Shown piece after piece: positions 61,806 through 64,000 of a stretch of DNA of 64,000 nt; positions within the stretch are counted from its first letter, which is position 1, and each line of letters opens with the position of its first letter. The notes beneath the pieces were generated by a model, which was not told the DNA's origin, searched no databases, and saw only the letters and a list, made by a program, of their open reading frames with translations. The DNA comes from Candidatus Bathyarchaeota archaeon (lineage in GTDB: Archaea; Thermoproteota; Bathyarchaeia; 40CM-2-53-6). Location of the stretch: contig CAVPLU010000016.1 in NCBI GenBank assembly GCA_963706285.1, positions 32,001 to 96,000 on the forward strand. The letters are read 5' to 3'. Made by a program: the position numbers and the translations under genes.

Positions 61806-62381
61806 CTAGCTTGATCTGTTCGTCTGTTTGGACTCGTTGAATCCGATCAGAACGGTGCCCAAGTTCGGGTCATCAGGATTCCAGCCCGCTTTCTGTGAGA
61901 AGCGAAAATGCACCGGGATCGTAATCGTGATCGAAACGACTTCTTTCACTCCGGGAATTTCTTCGATCTCCGGAAATGGTAGAGCCTTGTACATGAGTTT
62001 GAGAGGCTTCCCTTTGGCCTTTGCAAGTGCGTCACGATAGAGAACCAGACTCTTGCCTAGGAACAGTGTGTTCGGATCCTTCGAGAGCTTCTCGAATTGG
62101 CCGGGTTCCCAGATCTCCTCACCTACTACGTTGTCTTCATCACACATCAATATGATAGGGCCTGGCGGATGTCTCAAAGTTGGAGAATGAGAAATCACTA
62201 CTACATGCTGACGGGCAAGCGCGTCCTTGATTCCTTCGTTGACGATATCCATTCCCGGTAGTCCGAGGCGAGAATTCGCTTCATTCTCAAGCTGCCGCAG
62301 TGAGTCTCTATCTTCATCCGGCACAACCCAGCACGCCACGACGCCAGGCGTATTCAGTAGTCGCTCTAATGACCGCGTCAA
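61806..62381 (-). CDS. Hypothetical protein co-oriented with mtrH
   Basis: Clean 191-aa ORF between mtrH and the MFS gene. Confidence 0.6.
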   Translation of the reverse strand: MTRSLERLLNTPGVVACWVVPDEDRDSLRQLENEANSRLGLPGMDIVNEGIKDALARQHVVVISHSPTLRHPPGPIILMCDEDNVVGEEIWEPGQFEKLSKDPNTLFLGKSLVLYRDALAKAKGKPLKLMYKALPFPEIEEIPGVKEVVSITITIPVHFRFSQKAGWNPDDPNLGTVLIGFNESKQTNRSS

Positions 62382-62414
62382 CTGCGTCCATGATATCGTC
62401 TTCTCAGAGCTAGG

Positions 62415-63314
62415 TCAACCGATTCTGTAGCGTGGATGGGTTTTTGGAATCTGGATTCTCTTCTCTATTGGGAGTTGACTGTAGGCTGTGTCAACCATTG
62501 CTACGGCGGGAAAGACCACTTTCGCATCATCGATCGGTCCGTAGAGTATGAAATCTGCTCCAACCGCAGCGCTTACGGCGTTCACCGAAGCGAGGCATGG
62601 TTTCACAGCTTGCTCTCCCATTTTGCTCTTCAGTCCTTTCCACAGTGCAACGGCGTTGTGTGCACCGCATCCCACGGGAAACCCCAGTTCATCTTTCAGG
62701 TCATACATCGCACGGAGAGCTGAGCCGAGCGTCGGTAAGTCAAGCACGCAAGTATCGATCAATGGTTTCTCAATTCCGAACTCTTGCCGCTTGCTCACGA
62801 GTTCCTTGATCGCGCTAATCCGCCCTGCAGTGCTGAAGTCTTTCATATTGTATGCAAGAAGGACTGAGCTTGAGACGCCGGATGATTGGATCGTCTTCAG
62901 TTCGTCCGGTTTGCTGCTCGGATTAATTGAGTTGTAGACTACGCGGTCAAGGATTCCCTGCTCCTTCGCGTGCGCGAGCCCTACTGCTCTTATCTCTGCT
63001 GATGGACTATCGATCATGAGTGGCGCTTTGGTCCGATCTGCAACAAACTCAAGATGCGTCTTCATTGCTGGAATGCTCGCACTAACGACGTCTATCATAG
63101 CGGGGTTCCCGGTCTTGTCAGACATCTCGTCCTGAGTCTTCACGAGCGCCTCGGCAGCTGCTTCATCAAATGTTCCAGCATTTTCGTCTTTCACAATCTT
63201 GTGGCCGTGGTAGAATAAGGTGCCAACAAGCACCACGGGGCGTTGTCCCGGAATACCGCCGATGCTGATGCCGCCAATCTGGAAGACTTTCTGTTCAGCT
63301 TTGAAATTCCACAA
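62415..63314 (-). CDS. mtrH: Tetrahydromethanopterin S-methyltransferase subunit H family
   Basis: F..EQKVF.IGG..IGG.PG, GTLFY, IDS, YNSI, PVGCGAHN, GADFILYGP. Confidence 0.9.
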   Translation of the reverse strand: MWNFKAEQKVFQIGGISIGGIPGQRPVVLVGTLFYHGHKIVKDENAGTFDEAAAEALVKTQDEMSDKTGNPAMIDVVSASIPAMKTHLEFVADRTKAPLMIDSPSAEIRAVGLAHAKEQGILDRVVYNSINPSSKPDELKTIQSSGVSSSVLLAYNMKDFSTAGRISAIKELVSKRQEFGIEKPLIDTCVLDLPTLGSALRAMYDLKDELGFPVGCGAHNAVALWKGLKSKMGEQAVKPCLASVNAVSAAVGADFILYGPIDDAKVVFPAVAMVDTAYSQLPIEKRIQIPKTHPRYRIG

Positions 63315-63407
63315 GCGTATCGGCGTCTCCTATTCGAACGTTAGTAAATGTACGGGATTGTTTTCTTTGATAAAGCAGTCGGAGCAGGGGAGTCGAATAG
63401 ATCGCCA

Positions 63408-63614
63408 TCACTTACGTCTGATTGAGAAAAGCACTTTCTCTGGTGTGAGAGGGAGACTGAAGACTCTAGATCCGGTTGCATCATTGATGGCGTTTGAGAG
63501 GGCTGCCGCAATTGGAACCAGCGCGATTTCTCTTACCCCTTTTGCTCCAAATGGACCGGATTTCTCGAAAATCTCCACAGGCACGGCTTCAATTTCAGGC
63601 GCGTCCGCAAGTAT
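63408..63614 (-). pseudogene. C-terminal fragment of xanthine dehydrogenase-family Mo-binding subunit
   Basis: Minus strand reads DAPEIE..GPFGAKGVREIALVPIAAALSNAINDATG....LPLTPEKV; no upstream part. Confidence 0.75.
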
Positions 63615-63615
63615 A

Positions 63616-63888
63616 CTACGGAGTCTTCATTTCGGTGAGGGGATAGATTTCGTATGCGGCGAAATTGTGGACAGGCATCTTAGCTAGGATAGTTTCCAGC
63701 TCTTCGTTGGATTTCACTTCACATATCCACGCGCCGCCATGTCTGCCGACCACGTGGTAGTAGTGTTCAAGCTTCTGCTGGGCATGGAGCTCCTTTGCAT
63801 AACTCTGAAGATCGGAAAGCATCTTCACCATTTCGGGCATGCCAACCCTAATTCCAGCTTGAAGATTCCAAAGAACTAGAAACTTCAC
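63616..63888 (-). CDS. Muconolactone isomerase-like / DUF3303 dimeric alpha-beta barrel protein
   Basis: MKFLV.W, GRHGG..I.EV.SNEEL..IL..MP, YEIYPL. Confidence 0.65.
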   Translation of the reverse strand: MKFLVLWNLQAGIRVGMPEMVKMLSDLQSYAKELHAQQKLEHYYHVVGRHGGAWICEVKSNEELETILAKMPVHNFAAYEIYPLTEMKTP

Positions 63889-64000
63889 GATTTTGCCGCT
63901 CCGATTATGATTCTTCCATTGTTGGACTTAAGCTCTGCTGGACCCAAGCAATGGATACTGGGTCCTACGTGTGGGGGACTCTCTTAGTGCACATATACCG

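Noticed and set aside
62415-63314. Evidence for methanogenesis
   Set aside because: mtrH alone, without mtrA-G or mcr in the window, does not support it

Overview
Archaeal chromosomal window, most likely TACK and best fitting Bathyarchaeia (inferred from PolD DP1/DP2, Elf1, Alba, Orc1/Cdc6, an orphan MtrH and a two-intron tRNA). The core is a replication locus at about 11.1-21.5 kb: DP2, elf1, three uncharacterised HTH genes, an ORB-containing oriC, cdc6, endonuclease dU and DP1. Next to oriC is a dense, partly palindromic TCAC/GTGA motif array, followed by a membrane-anchored coiled-coil winged-helix protein. This is the best candidate for an undescribed system (origin tethering or segregation). 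A tRNA-Ser(CGA) with two BHB introns is followed by an accessory region (about 24-33 kb). It holds tRNA-3'-end relics, tandem ribbon-helix-helix paralogs, an unannotated 55-aa Tyr-rich peptide, CsbD, dodecin, a surface protein and an HNH relic. The rest is metabolic: lpdA-lipB, pdhABC, moaA, a purine/Mo-cofactor-like cluster, LLM oxidoreductases, carbonic anhydrases, transporters, an apparently permuted MscL and mtrH. At least nine frameshifts, two of them in essential DP1, point to assembly indel errors, so pseudogene calls are tentative. All calls come from motif recognition by eye; no searches were run.
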